DNA of 43,117 bases from Craspedostauros australis (Eukaryota), in contig JALAGF010001676.1 of assembly GCA_030167865.1 (NCBI GenBank), forward strand, positions 1 through 43,117, in the 5' to 3' direction. The notes under the pieces are model-generated. The model saw nothing but the letters and a program-made list of their open reading frames with translations. It ran no database searches and was not told the origin of the DNA. This document shows positions 1-14,304 of the stretch, one piece after another (position 1 is the first letter of the stretch; the number at the start of each line of letters is the position of its first letter). The position numbers were made by a program, and so were the translations under genes.

Positions 1-258
1 TACTGTCCGGACGATCCACAACCAGCTGAGCCTACTACCCATGCTGAAAGAAGCACACGTGAGTTGCCCTGTGTCTGGATTACACCCTCACGTGCCCATT
101 GACAAGTGAGGTTATAAAGGGGCGTATTGGAGCCACGACCGCACGAACCGGAGACATGGAGCTACGATCGCATGAATCGGAAACACAAAAGATACGACGA
201 CCACACAGCAGCGATCAAGACGCAACAGCAAAGAGAAACGAGAAGGCAAACATCGAAA

Positions 259-312
259 NNNNNNNNNNNNNNNNNNNNNNNNNNNNNNNNNNNNNNNNNN
301 NNNNNNNNNNNN
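259..312. other. Assembly gap (54 N)
   Basis: Run of N characters seen directly. Confidence 0.99.
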
Positions 313-440
313 AGGTATGCCTCATAATCCCTACACAACACAGTTAGCACACACACTGATCATCCACAGTCGTTACCATCAGCCCAGATTCCAATAACAC
401 TGATCAATTCCAAACGAGAACTAAGAGAACAGTCGTCTTC

Positions 441-470
441 CACATCCACATCCACATCCACATCCACATC
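441..470 (+). repeat. (CACATC)5 hexanucleotide microsatellite
   Basis: Five perfect units upstream of the 626 ATG. Confidence 0.9.
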
Positions 471-625
471 CGCATCACCACCCACGCCCACAATCAGAAT
501 CGTACGCATACGACTAGAACGAAGACAAGCTTCCACTGCCAGCGCAAGGGCAACTGAAGTCGCCGCACTCCGAGTACGAGCATCGTGGATATTGCACAAT
601 CCAAACAACCGATTGCGTCTCAACG

Positions 626-1951
626 ATGGGCAAGAAATCCAAGCAACTGCGGCGGGCCGTGATCGATGTGATTAATGCTGATGAAAATGGCAAGCCACGG
701 AAAGTCAAGGATCTGTTGCATGCTGTGCAGCAGCGAGCGAGGGTTGACAAAGAAAAGCTCAAGACGTTGCTCAAGACTCTTGCGAAGGAGGGTGTGATTG
801 TGAAAGATGGGAAGCGATACGGGCGCAAGGTGGCGGTGAAGGATGCAGCGAAGCAATCGAGCGGGGCGGAGAAGGATGATGGCAAGGACGAGAAACAGGA
901 TGTGGATGCGGATGCAGATACTGAAATCCCATTCGCAGAAAGAATGCGCCGAGCAAGGATGAAAGAAGCAGAGGCCCCGCAAAAGCCAAAATCGGTGAGC
1001 TTTGCCGAAGACAAGAAGGAGGTCGATTTGGATGAAGAAATCAGGCGCTTGGAACAGGAATTGGCGGCGTCATCCGACGGCAGCAGCGAGGGTGAGTCGG
1101 AAACTGATGATGATGGTGACAACGACAATGGTGGCGATGGTGGCGATGGTGAAGAGGGTGAAGAAGGTGATGAGAAAGCCGTCCTTCGTCTTTCCTCGCT
1201 GGAGAATGAAAGGATCAACCCGCTGCCGCAGCACATGCTGCCAGCGCCGATGAAAAGGAAATTGAAAGGCATTGATACAGCGAAGCCCAAATCCAAAAAA
1301 CAAAAGCAGAACCAACGGAGTCACAACAACAACAACAACAACAACGACAATGATGACAAAGCCAAACAGGAAATCCAGGATACTGTCAAGGAACTCCTTA
1401 ACAACTACCAAGCCCGATCGTCAGAAAAACTGTCGTGCTACTGCCGCGTTTGCGCGAAGCAGTATGATACGGAGGAAGAATTCCACCAGCACAGAACGAC
1501 AGAATTTCACAAGACCGCTGTTGAAATGGAACGCAAGGCATCGTATTGCAAGCTTTGTCGTAAGCAATTGACGAGCCCGACACAACTGCAGGAACACTTG
1601 AGTTCTCGACCGCACCAGGAGCGGTTGCAGTACATGAAGGACAAGCAAAATGGAGGCGGCCGGCGGGACATGAGTGGAGGGCGCGGGCGCGGACGTGGTG
1701 CTGGGCGTGGGCGTGGACCTCCACGAGGAGGACCTGGAAGAGGTAGTGGAAGGGAACCTGGAAGAGGTTTCGGACGAAGCTTTGGGAGAGGACGTGGATT
1801 TGGGCGTGGATTTGATCGCGGCTCCGGAAGATTTGACAACAGCAACGATGCCAGACAGTGGGATGGTCCCAGAAGCGAGGATCGGAGAAGCTATGGCCGT
1901 GGTGTTGGCAGAGGCAACTTTGGTAATCGGCCGCAGCGGCAATGGACATAG
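626..1951 (+). CDS. Putative nucleolar/RNA-binding protein: N-terminal winged-helix-like region, acidic tract, two U1/matrin(JAZ)-type C2H2 zinc fingers, C-terminal RGG repeats (441 aa)
   Basis: Long ATG ORF. Fingers CRVCAKQYDTEEEFHQHRTTEFH and CKLCRKQLTSPTQLQEHLSSRPH (C-x2-C-x12-H-x5-H). C-terminal GRGRG/GRGFG repeats. Confidence 0.8.
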   Translation: MGKKSKQLRRAVIDVINADENGKPRKVKDLLHAVQQRARVDKEKLKTLLKTLAKEGVIVKDGKRYGRKVAVKDAAKQSSGAEKDDGKDEKQDVDADADTEIPFAERMRRARMKEAEAPQKPKSVSFAEDKKEVDLDEEIRRLEQELAASSDGSSEGESETDDDGDNDNGGDGGDGEEGEEGDEKAVLRLSSLENERINPLPQHMLPAPMKRKLKGIDTAKPKSKKQKQNQRSHNNNNNNNDNDDKAKQEIQDTVKELLNNYQARSSEKLSCYCRVCAKQYDTEEEFHQHRTTEFHKTAVEMERKASYCKLCRKQLTSPTQLQEHLSSRPHQERLQYMKDKQNGGGRRDMSGGRGRGRGAGRGRGPPRGGPGRGSGREPGRGFGRSFGRGRGFGRGFDRGSGRFDNSNDARQWDGPRSEDRRSYGRGVGRGNFGNRPQRQWT

Positions 1952-2071
1952 AGTAGTGCTAACTAGCACAATATATGAGAGTATTGAGGATGAAATCCAT
2001 CTTCGTTTTCTCTCATCATGGTGCCATACGGTATACTCTCGTTGAGCACATACTACTCGATGTACGTTCAG

Positions 2072-4566
2072 TTACGCTTCGCTGGCTGTTTCCTTCGTCT
2101 TGTCCTTCTTCATGACGAACTTTGTTGTCCCCGTCTTGTAGTTGACAGGCAACATATCCCTCCAGTAATCGTCCGCAGCGCCCGTTGCGATCTCGCCGTC
2201 GCGCATTTGAAACATGACCGAACCCCGGATTTGGATGGAACGCTTTGAGAAGCGGGCCTCCAGTCTGGCGCCTCGATCCACAAAGCCGCGGTACTGGAGG
2301 ACCGTACCATCCGTGCCAAGCACCTGGAACGTGCAGGTGTCCAAGTGTGTCGGGCCCGGATCCAATCGCCATCTCAACCCTTGCATCGGTGGCTCCACGT
2401 TCACCTGTCCTTGGGGTTCCAAGATGACCGTGCTCACGCCGATCACTTCACCACCAACTTCATCCTCCACTATCCACGACCCTTCCAGATCGGTGGGATA
2501 AGACGAACTGACCTCGCCGTTCTGCTGCCTGAAATACGACTCCCAAACAGCGAATCGTCCCAGTTCCTCCGTTGCTGTCCTTGGCTTTGGCATCGTCATG
2601 ACGGAGGCAGCTGACACCCGAACGTATCCGCTTCCCAGCTCCACCAAGGATGCCATCAACCTCTCGTAGCCGTTGCTGTAGCTTGGTGACACAGGCACCA
2701 AGGGGTCCAACGTGGTGACAACACCTTCATCGTAGCATTCGCGAAGCAGCATGATCAATGCGTCAAGGTACTGCACACCTGGCCGAGTTTCTCGCTCCAC
2801 CTCGCCATCAGTCGTTGTGACGTCAGCGGCGGCGGAAGTGCCTGGATACCATCTATCAATGAACGGTGCCTTGTTGGCATCCAACGTCTCTGATAGCACG
2901 ATGAGTTCCTCGTCACCTCCGAACAACAGGGCGCGTTTGACAATGTTGGACAAGGCGTTCAGCTGCCGGGTCATGGTTGGCTCTTCGGCGCTGAGGATGA
3001 CGCCACCCAGATCCGTTGGCTTGAGCGGTGTTTGCTCCTCCTGTTCTTTTTCATCAATCATGATCTCTTCTTCCGTCGGTGGCTCTCGGCGCTTCCAAAA
3101 TTGAATTCTTGGCAATCGCCTTTTCTTGGACTTTGGTGCTTCTTCATCTTCTTCTTGTTCCTCTGATTTGCTGCTGCTATCTGCAGCATCGTCGGCACCG
3201 TCTGTGCCTGCAGCTTCTTGTGCGCCATTCGCAGGAACTGCTGGTGCTGCTACGGTATTCATTTTGGTGACGCCATTGCTATTGCCGGGATGTGTTGATT
3301 CTTTGCTGAGGCTGATCTTATCAAGCATGGAAAGGCAGATGTCTTGATCCTCAAGTTTTTCCAATATGCAGAGGCGTCCAGTGTCGGGGTTCTCCTCGAA
3401 TTTAGCGCCGACACTTTGAAGAACGGACTTGACCTTGCGGTAGGATTCATCGTACACCTTCAGGTCTATCACCTGCATTTGGGGATTGTTGTTTGGAGTA
3501 GTGTGTTTGATAAGCACAACGGAAGGAAAGGAGTTGGGGGAGAAGACGTAGACACAGAGCGGGGCGTCCATATGTTGAGTATGGAGAGGAAGGCGACGAG
3601 ACAACCGCGGCGACGATGAAGAAGAGGGACTGCATTGCATGGTATCCAACAACGAATATTTTGCTTTCATCTGGAGTGGCCAAACTTCAAATGTACGCGA
3701 TAGCATACGAGCAACAGCAGCAGCGTGAAAGCAGGTCTTACCTCTTTGACCCGAGCGGACTCTTCGCCGGTGGTGGCAAGGCAAAGGATAGTGTCCAAGT
3801 AAGCTTCCGCGCATTCGTATCCCGGAATCTGCCCGTACTTGCCGCGGAACGACGCCAGCTGATCAGCGACGTATTCGGCATCCGTCCGACTTCTCGGTTT
3901 GGGCATCGGCGTCTCTCCTGCCTTGGGGGTGGACCTCGTCTTTTTGGGGGTGCCCGCATTACGTCGCATCAAGATGTTGAGGATGGGACGTGGCACCGGG
4001 CACTTCGGGCCGTTCACCGTGCCCGAGATCTTCATCTCCTTTCGAGCCTCGATCTGAGCCTTGGCCACCATGCGGAGACTGAGATTGAGGGCCTCCGCCG
4101 ACGGCCAGCAACGTGCCAAAAGGATGCGACGCACAGCGCGGTTAGATGCATTGTTCAAGGCGCGCGTCAACGATGCCACCTTGGGCGTCGTGGGTTGGAC
4201 CGGTTTCGGCTCTTGCTGCTGCGCATCGCCGGGCCTAGGTGCCAAGTCGTAGGCACGTGAGAGAGAGACATCCGCTGGGGCGATGCAGAAATCGATCTCG
4301 TTGACCTTTCCGCGTGCGGCTAGTTGGGCGCTGTCGGGCATCGTCGGTTGTAGATCCTCGGTCTCCTGCTCGATGTCGGCGCCAGGCACCGTGGAAGAGA
4401 GGCACGTGCGACCCGGTCCATGGCGACATGTAAGGGGCGGTGAAAATGCCGTTGCATGCAGCTGGTGACAGTGATGTTGCACAGTCATCATCGCCACCAC
4501 CAGCATCAAGAACGGCATCATCACCTGCGCGAACGGTAGCTGTACAGTCATCTTCGTGGGCTGCAT
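2072..4566 (-). CDS. Uncharacterised, probably plastid-targeted protein, 2 exons: join(2072..3472,3742..4566), ~741 aa
   Basis: ORFs 3667..4824 and 2072..3814 join in phase 0 through a GTAAGA...CAG intron at 3473..3741 (..RVKE|VIDLK..). Hydrophobic N-terminus followed by ATA-FSPP (ASAFAP-type). Start could be a downstream Met. Confidence 0.72.
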
Positions 4567-5394
4567 AGTGTTGGCAGACCGTGTTGGCAGATCGTGTTGG
4601 TGATTTGCCTCGGCGTCGGTAGTTGGTCGTTGTTGGCCGTTGTTGGCCGTTGTTATTGTTGCTGCTGAGATGATATTGACGATTGATCCTGTGGCTGCAA
4701 CTACCCACATACATATGACTGAGGCTGCCGCTTCAAGTTGTGTGATGGCTGATGGCGAATTGTGTGGTGTTAGGGGGCAAAGGTGCCTCTGTGGCGGTGA
4801 CTTGACCTCTTGGTTGTCGCCCATCCAAGAGATCTTCGTTTTGCTGTGGGACAGCTCTATATTAAATTACCGCAGCTCCCAACACAGATACGCGCAGCAG
4901 ATGGCCAATACTCTACCCACAGTGTGTCTAGTTTTGTTGCTACTCGTGCGTCTAACACGCCGAGCCACATTCGTTTTGAGTCGAAGGATCTAAAGAATGC
5001 AACAATGGCAAAGCACCACGAAGGGCGACAAGGACAAGGCAATGAATGCTTCCCACAGCTGGACGCCGAAGACATTGGGCCAGATCGTTATTCTGATGTC
5101 AGCGATTGCTGTGCCGTGCCATCATTCCAAGAGCAACACAGGATAATGTCGATGATGACAATACATGTACGAGCTACCATACTCGCAGATTGGTGGAAAA
5201 GTCTGTTGCAACGAGTTTCTCATCCTGTTGCCTCGTATTTCCACCAAGCCTTCAGTCGCTACTTCTGTTATTGTTATTGTGGCTCCTGCTGCTGCTGCCA
5301 CTACTACTGCGACTTAGCGGGCACTTCCTACTCTCATGTTGTCATTTATCTGCTTGTTTGTTTGCTTTGTTTTCTTTTCGCTTTTGCTGCTTGC

Positions 5395-8395
<3,001 letters not shown>

Positions 8396-8909
8396 TCAAT
8401 CAATCAAATCCATGGAACGTCACTCGACTCATTCCCGCAATCTGTTTATTTGGGGGGGGCCTTGTTGTTGGGTCGGTGGAAGGTGCACGTATGTATGATT
8501 TCTACTGAAGGGGCATGTCACCCCCACTTCTCGCAGTTTGGAACCCCTCTTTGGTCCATTCACGAACATGAATCAAGACAACATGGTCGTAGAAGCGTAT
8601 CTTCCAGTCCTGAGCAATGGAGAGCGCGTGATTCAGAGCGTATCCGTCACCAACCAAACAACGTGCGAATTTGCCTTTGGCATCCTTGAGAATCGCGACA
8701 AACCATCAACAACAGGAGTCGAACAGCGACGCAACGCAACGGAACGGAACGCAACCCAACACCAGACGAAGGAAGGGACTGACGCACCTCGGAAGACCAT
8801 CACATGAAGCAACAGCCCCCCTTGTTCCAACCCATCTCCATTGCATTAAATCATCTTCCATCGAACTGCTCTACATCACAGGACATTCCGCCCTACTCCA
8901 CCGCAGATC

Positions 8910-9656
8910 ATGTTCACCAAATCTTGCATCCCAGCCGTCGCACTGGCCGTGCAGCTCCTTCTTCTCGTGGTGGAAGATTCTACCGCCTTCGTCCCCCTGC
9001 ACACGAGAAGGGCGACACCAGCCTTCGTGCAGCGACAGCAGCATGGTTCCCAACTGTTGGCATCTGAAAGCGAAGACAATTACTTGATGAAGGTCGACGA
9101 CGGCGATGAAGGTGTGGAGATCCCATTCATCGACGAGACAGGAAGCTCCTTCATCGACTGCTACGCCGATTGCATCGCCATGCTCGAAGGCACGGAGTAC
9201 ACGATCGGGGTTCCGTGCGACTACGCCGTCGCCTTGTGCTATTACGATGGTGACAATCTGGTCCCCGTGGAGATGAATGATCCATTGATGGACGACGTCT
9301 TCTCCGTCGCCGAGAGCATCGTGTCGGAAGAATTTGGGGAGGACCTGTCGCTGCAACGAACGCCGCAGACGCTGACGCTGGTGGGAGAGCTGGAAGATGA
9401 GGAGGACGAGGATGAGGAAGACGACGATCTCGACGAGGATGAGAGCGGTGAAGAGGAGGTGGAGCTGTTGCTGAGCTTCGAGTTTCGCGGCAAGGAGTTC
9501 AACCTTGTGCGTCTGCTGGATCCAATGCTTGTGGTGGCCAAGGCGGAGCCAGGAAGAGAGGACGTCAGAAGGTTGCTGACGCCAGAGGAGTCCGAGAAGG
9601 TCATGCCCTTGCTCGAGGCGATGTTCTTGGACTTTCACCAGGATGAGGCTCTTTGA
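8910..9656 (+). CDS. Plastid-targeted DUF3727-like protein (cyanobacterial/plastid family), 248 aa
   Basis: Signal peptide plus STA-FVP. Core LQRTPQTLTLVGEL - acidic tract - ELLLSFEFRGKEFNLVRLLDPMLVVAK resembles cyanobacterial DUF3727 proteins (recognised by eye). Confidence 0.75.
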   Translation: MFTKSCIPAVALAVQLLLLVVEDSTAFVPLHTRRATPAFVQRQQHGSQLLASESEDNYLMKVDDGDEGVEIPFIDETGSSFIDCYADCIAMLEGTEYTIGVPCDYAVALCYYDGDNLVPVEMNDPLMDDVFSVAESIVSEEFGEDLSLQRTPQTLTLVGELEDEEDEDEEDDDLDEDESGEEEVELLLSFEFRGKEFNLVRLLDPMLVVAKAEPGREDVRRLLTPEESEKVMPLLEAMFLDFHQDEAL

Positions 9657-10585
9657 TGTAGCAGGCGATGTGAAGAATGATGGAAAATGACAGTGATGGC
9701 CAACAAGTGGTAACTACCATCCTCGAGCCAGTATCATTGGCGACGACGAGGACAATGAATCAGCGCATGGCATGCATACTCGTAGACTTTTCATACTCGC
9801 GTGGATCCAGAAATGCAGCGCCATGGTTGGCATGACGCAGCGTGAAATGGATTAATCAATGTAGGATGAATGCAATCAGCTAGATGATTTTGACACTACA
9901 CTTGTTGGAACGAGACGATTGGAACAAAATGTGTCATCACCCATACTCTCTCCCTCCAGAGCCCAGCCAAGTGAATTGCACAGATAATGTCGAGCAATGC
10001 ATCCGAGACAGCGCGAGTTCTGCAATCTCACGGCTACGGATACACCCTGACGATAACCGATCACTACTTGCAAACGCAACACAATGGACAGAGCAGCATC
10101 ATGGAGACGTGCGCAAGTACTCTCGTTCGAGGAGCGTTCGCGTTGTCCATCAGTTTAAGTTGTTGATGTTGTCTCTCTCGGATTCCCGAAGGCCAAGAGA
10201 AGGCTACTGGGAGCATCTTGGGATGCACACAGGCAGGTGCACGCTCCACCCGCTCGGTTCGCAACTGCATGTCCACAGTCACGGCGCCGCGTTGTATTGG
10301 TTGTTGTTCATGGCACATTGCGTCTCGCGCAAGCACATGGTTCCGTGCTACTCGCAAATCGCTTGAGGCGATACAATGTACCAGACTGATCGTATAGCGG
10401 AGCACGGGCACGCAATGCTGGTGAAGAGGAATGGAAGGAGAAGTGTCTAGAATTGTTGCTTAGAACTCGCGGAGGAATACCGAGTCAATGCACACCCGTA
10501 TGGTGTGGTGGACCATGACGGTGGCCAGAGCCGCGTGGCAGAGAGTACGGTACGGTATTTGTTTGCTCGCTACTATGCTGAGTGT

Positions 10586-11017
10586 TTAAGAACGTGGCTT
10601 GTCCTTCTTTTCCTTGTACAGAGCCCAGAGAGAAACACCAGCGACCTTGACGACCTTGAATCGGACTCCTGGAATATCTCCGACGGCGTGTCCGGAACGT
10701 CCGAATCCGGCAATCAGCACTTCGTCGTTTTCGTCGACGTAGTTCAGACAACCATCACGTGGGACGAAGGCGGCAATCTTCTTTCCATTCTTAATGAGCT
10801 GCACACGCACGCATTTACGGATAGCGGAGTTTGGCTGCTTGGCCTCAATTCCGATCTTCTCCAAGACGATTCCCTTGGCCATTGTGGAGCCTCCCATTGG
10901 GTTGGCCTTCATGGCTGTGATGGAATTGGCCTTGCAGTATTTCTGATCGCGCCAGCGCTGGTTGCGTCTGTGCGTGCGGAGCTTGCGTCCTGTTCGGAGA
11001 CCGTTTGGCTTTCCCAT
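10586..11017 (-). CDS. RPS23: 40S ribosomal protein S23 (uS12), intronless CDS, 143 aa
   Basis: [13 protein letters not shown]..., [37 protein letters not shown], ...KPRS. Confidence 0.99.
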   Translation of the reverse strand: MGKPNGLRTGRKLRTHRRNQRWRDQKYCKANSITAMKANPMGGSTMAKGIVLEKIGIEAKQPNSAIRKCVRVQLIKNGKKIAAFVPRDGCLNYVDENDEVLIAGFGRSGHAVGDIPGVRFKVVKVAGVSLWALYKEKKDKPRS

Positions 11018-12282
11018 TGTGCTGCGTTTGTGTTGTTTACGAAGGGGAGAAGAAAAAGAAGGGACAAATGCGACAGATCAACTGACTGCGAATTGGCGTG
11101 GTGTGTTGGGTGCGCGTCGACCGTGGAGTGTATCGATGCGATTTACGTTCGTAGAATAGGAAGAAGTGGCTGCTGTGAGTTGCTTGATTCATTTCGTTTG
11201 CGAGCGCAAGTTCGAGCATGATTGCTCGTGCTGTTGGTGACCCGGTGACGGTGCTTGTCCCCACATACTTCAGGCGCTCTGGGAGACGATTCCTCCAGCC
11301 TCGAGTTGCATCACCCAAACTCCTTCGTCTGCGAAGTCCACGGACGCCCCTGCATCGTTCGTCGTCATGTTCGCTACCCCCCATGGTCGACACCATCCAT
11401 CAGCCGCGTCCCACATCCGACATGCAGCATCCGACCTCCATCATTCCATCCAAGCAGAACACACACCTCGTTTCTTTGTTCCAGGGGATGTCGTGGATCG
11501 GTGAATCACGACAAGCCGGTGATGCGGTTGGTGCTGGCGGAGGCTGTCCAGGGACGCTGTTGGGGTTGCTCTTGGTGCTTTTTTCCGATTGCCGCGTTAG
11601 ACGCCACTGTTACGCGACAACGCGGAGAATAGTAACCACACAAGCGGTAAAAGCAGGTGCAGTCTCGGAAGACGGTCAGACGGTGCATATTTAATCGAAG
11701 TGTTCCAATAGTGGAACTCAGTCGAGTAATTCGAACGAGGACTGCGTGTTGTCAACGCGTGCGGACGGCCAAACAGACGGTGACAACAACGAGCAATAAA
11801 TCCTTCGCGCGATCGTCTCCTTGCGCGCACAACAACCACCAGCCAAAAAAGCGAAGGTTGTTTTGTGTCTGCAGTCATCAACGCGCGTGACGACGCTGGC
11901 ATCTTTCCGAAAGAGGAGCAAGTCGACTTGGTTGGCGTCATTCGTCATCATTTTGGCGTCATCTGACCAACTCTTGCACTCTCTGGAGGTGTCGGTCTTT
12001 TCGCCCTGTGCGCCGATCTTCATCGTCGCATTTGCATGTACACAACTTCTCCCCCACAAGAGCGCACGACGTGGTCACAGCTGTACCGGTAGAGGAGCAT
12101 CCTTCTTGCACTCGCAATCGCACTCAAACTTGTACCCGCACATCCGTCCTTCCTCTTGATCGTTGTGCCGTGGCGTCCATCAGTGCACCCATCCATCGAT
12201 TCGTCTCGACCGCGACAAAGCAGTCGTTCGATTTCGACCTTGCATCATCGTCTGCGTCCGCGCCGCAGCAGTGTAGCGCACG

Positions 12283-14304
12283 ATGGACTTCAAATCTCAG
12301 CTGTCCGCCTTTTCTGGCGGCAACAACAGCAGCAGCAGCAGCAACGGCCGTGGCTACGGTGGCGGGGGCGGACGCGATCACAACAGGGATCGTGATCGGC
12401 CAGGATACAGAGGAGGTGGACGAGACGGAAGGGAAGGTCGCGGAGGAGGCCGCGGTGGTGACAGGGATAGAGACAGAGACCGGGATGATCGGTACAGGAG
12501 GGACAGCAGGGATCGAGACCGCGATCGGGATAGGGGCAGGGATAGGTACCATGATCGGGATCGCGATGGAAGAGATGGCAGGGACGGTAGAGATGGTGGA
12601 AGACGGTACGATTACGATCGTGGGGGCAGCGGACGAGATCGGGACAGCAGGGATAGAGACGGCGGCGACTACGCCGGGCACAGACGCAGCAGGAGTCCGT
12701 ACAATGACCGGCGTGGAGACCGGGATAGCGACCGTCGAAGGCCGCGAGAGCACTCCAGGGGACGGCACCGTTCCGATAGCCCACCCCATCAGCGACGCCG
12801 TCGGTACTCTCCGGATCGTGATCCGCTGAACGAGCTGCGCGACTGCGGATTCCACATCCCCCGCGGCCTTCCGCCGCCCACGGATCCCAACGACAAGCGG
12901 ACGACGCGGCACATCGCCATCCTTGTCATCTGCATCGACGGCCTCCCCTACGAGCACATCTGGAAGGAGTGGTGCAGCAAGGCACCGCCGGGCACGTGGA
13001 TCTCGCTCGTGGTCCACGCCAAGTTCCCCGAAAAGGTCAAGAGCGAGTGGGTCAAGCAACGGCTGCTAGTCAAGCCGCCGGAGCTCGGCAGGGGCAACTC
13101 CTTCCTCGACCCCGTCTTCCTCACCAGGGCACCGAAGTGGGGATCGGTGGACATCACCAGGGCCATGCTCGATCTCCTCAAGAATGGCATCCGCATTGGG
13201 ATATGCAAGGCCGAGGATCCCAGGTTCTCCGCGGACCGCTATGTCGTGCACAAGCCCGACGCGACCGACGCAGACGCGGAGGAAGACAGCAGTGGTGCTG
13301 CCGATGGTGGATTTGAAAAGAAGTACAGGGGAGAGACCGACCACGACAGCAAGACCGACGCTGCTGACAAGACCGACGACAAGGACAAGGACAGCCCCGC
13401 TGATGCTGAAGGTGCCAAGAAGAGCAAGACACCGACAGTGGACCAGTTTATCTACGCCAGCGAATCCTGCCTTCCCGTTGCCACAGCGGCGGAGATGTTC
13501 GAGAAGGTCAAGAATCCGCACTACTCCTGGGTTAACGCACGTTGCAGGAAGGAGGAGGGCACTCCCAAGAACCTGTACGAGAGCGAGCAATTTGGCAACA
13601 TCCACCGCCGTGTGCCTGGTCAGTACCGATGGAAGGGCGACCAGTGGCTCATGCTCTGCAGGAAGCACGCGAGCCAGATCCTCGCCATTGACCGCGTGGA
13701 CAAGGAGAGGAACCGAAGACACTCAAGGCCATCCCGCCAGCTCTGGCAGTCCTTCAGCAACGTCAATGCGAGCGACGAAATGTACTTCCCCACCTGCCTG
13801 GCCTTGCTCAGCTGGCTCCGTTGGGTGGATCCCAGCCGGGCGGAACGGGAAGGCAGCTCCGGCGGCAGTGGCAAGGAACCAGAGCAGATGGTCCTCAAAC
13901 GCCCTGTCACCTACACCGATTGGACGGAGGGGATGAAGAATCCCGCGTGCTTCACAAAGGGCGTGAATGAATTCCGCAAGGTCTGCCGTTTGGCTCGTTC
14001 CAAGGGATGCCTGTTCGCACGTAAGTTCGCCCCGTACCTGCGCATGCCGGGGGTTGCACCAGACGACCACGTTGCAACCGGCAACATCAGCGCGGTCGAT
14101 TGGGCTGCGGAGATAGAGAAAGCCACCTTGGCAGAAATCAAGTCCAAGAGTCATGGCAAGACAGCCAGCGTTGTTGCAGCGGCGGGAGATGTCAAGGCAA
14201 CACAAGACGACGAGAAGCCGCAGGCGCAACAAGAAGAAGGAGAAGAGGAGGGCACCGGTGATGATGATGGTGAAGACCAGGCCGAGGTGACTGGGGGAGG
14301 CTAG
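12283..14304 (+). CDS. Core-2/I-branching (GT14-like, 'Branch'/DUF266-type) glycosyltransferase-domain protein with N-terminal RD/RG/RS-rich region, 673 aa
   Basis: Motifs in the expected order: IAILVICIDGLPYEHIWKEW, WGSVDITRAMLDLL, FIYASESCLPV, WKGDQWLMLCRKHA, ASDEMYFPT, VTYTDW, CLFARKF. Confidence 0.8.
   Translation: MDFKSQLSAFSGGNNSSSSSNGRGYGGGGGRDHNRDRDRPGYRGGGRDGREGRGGGRGGDRDRDRDRDDRYRRDSRDRDRDRDRGRDRYHDRDRDGRDGRDGRDGGRRYDYDRGGSGRDRDSRDRDGGDYAGHRRSRSPYNDRRGDRDSDRRRPREHSRGRHRSDSPPHQRRRRYSPDRDPLNELRDCGFHIPRGLPPPTDPNDKRTTRHIAILVICIDGLPYEHIWKEWCSKAPPGTWISLVVHAKFPEKVKSEWVKQRLLVKPPELGRGNSFLDPVFLTRAPKWGSVDITRAMLDLLKNGIRIGICKAEDPRFSADRYVVHKPDATDADAEEDSSGAADGGFEKKYRGETDHDSKTDAADKTDDKDKDSPADAEGAKKSKTPTVDQFIYASESCLPVATAAEMFEKVKNPHYSWVNARCRKEEGTPKNLYESEQFGNIHRRVPGQYRWKGDQWLMLCRKHASQILAIDRVDKERNRRHSRPSRQLWQSFSNVNASDEMYFPTCLALLSWLRWVDPSRAEREGSSGGSGKEPEQMVLKRPVTYTDWTEGMKNPACFTKGVNEFRKVCRLARSKGCLFARKFAPYLRMPGVAPDDHVATGNISAVDWAAEIEKATLAEIKSKSHGKTASVVAAAGDVKATQDDEKPQAQQEEGEEEGTGDDDGEDQAEVTGGG

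Noticed and set aside
626-820. Z-alpha (Z-DNA-binding) domain interpretation of the winged-helix-like N-terminus
   Set aside because: It lacks the N-x2-LY and P-P-x-W residues that define Z-alpha domains.
9895-9904. 10-nt identity (minus strand CAAGTGTAGT) to the U2 snRNA branch-recognition region
   Set aside because: The flanks do not resemble U2 (no stem I, no Sm site). Too short to support a gene or pseudogene.
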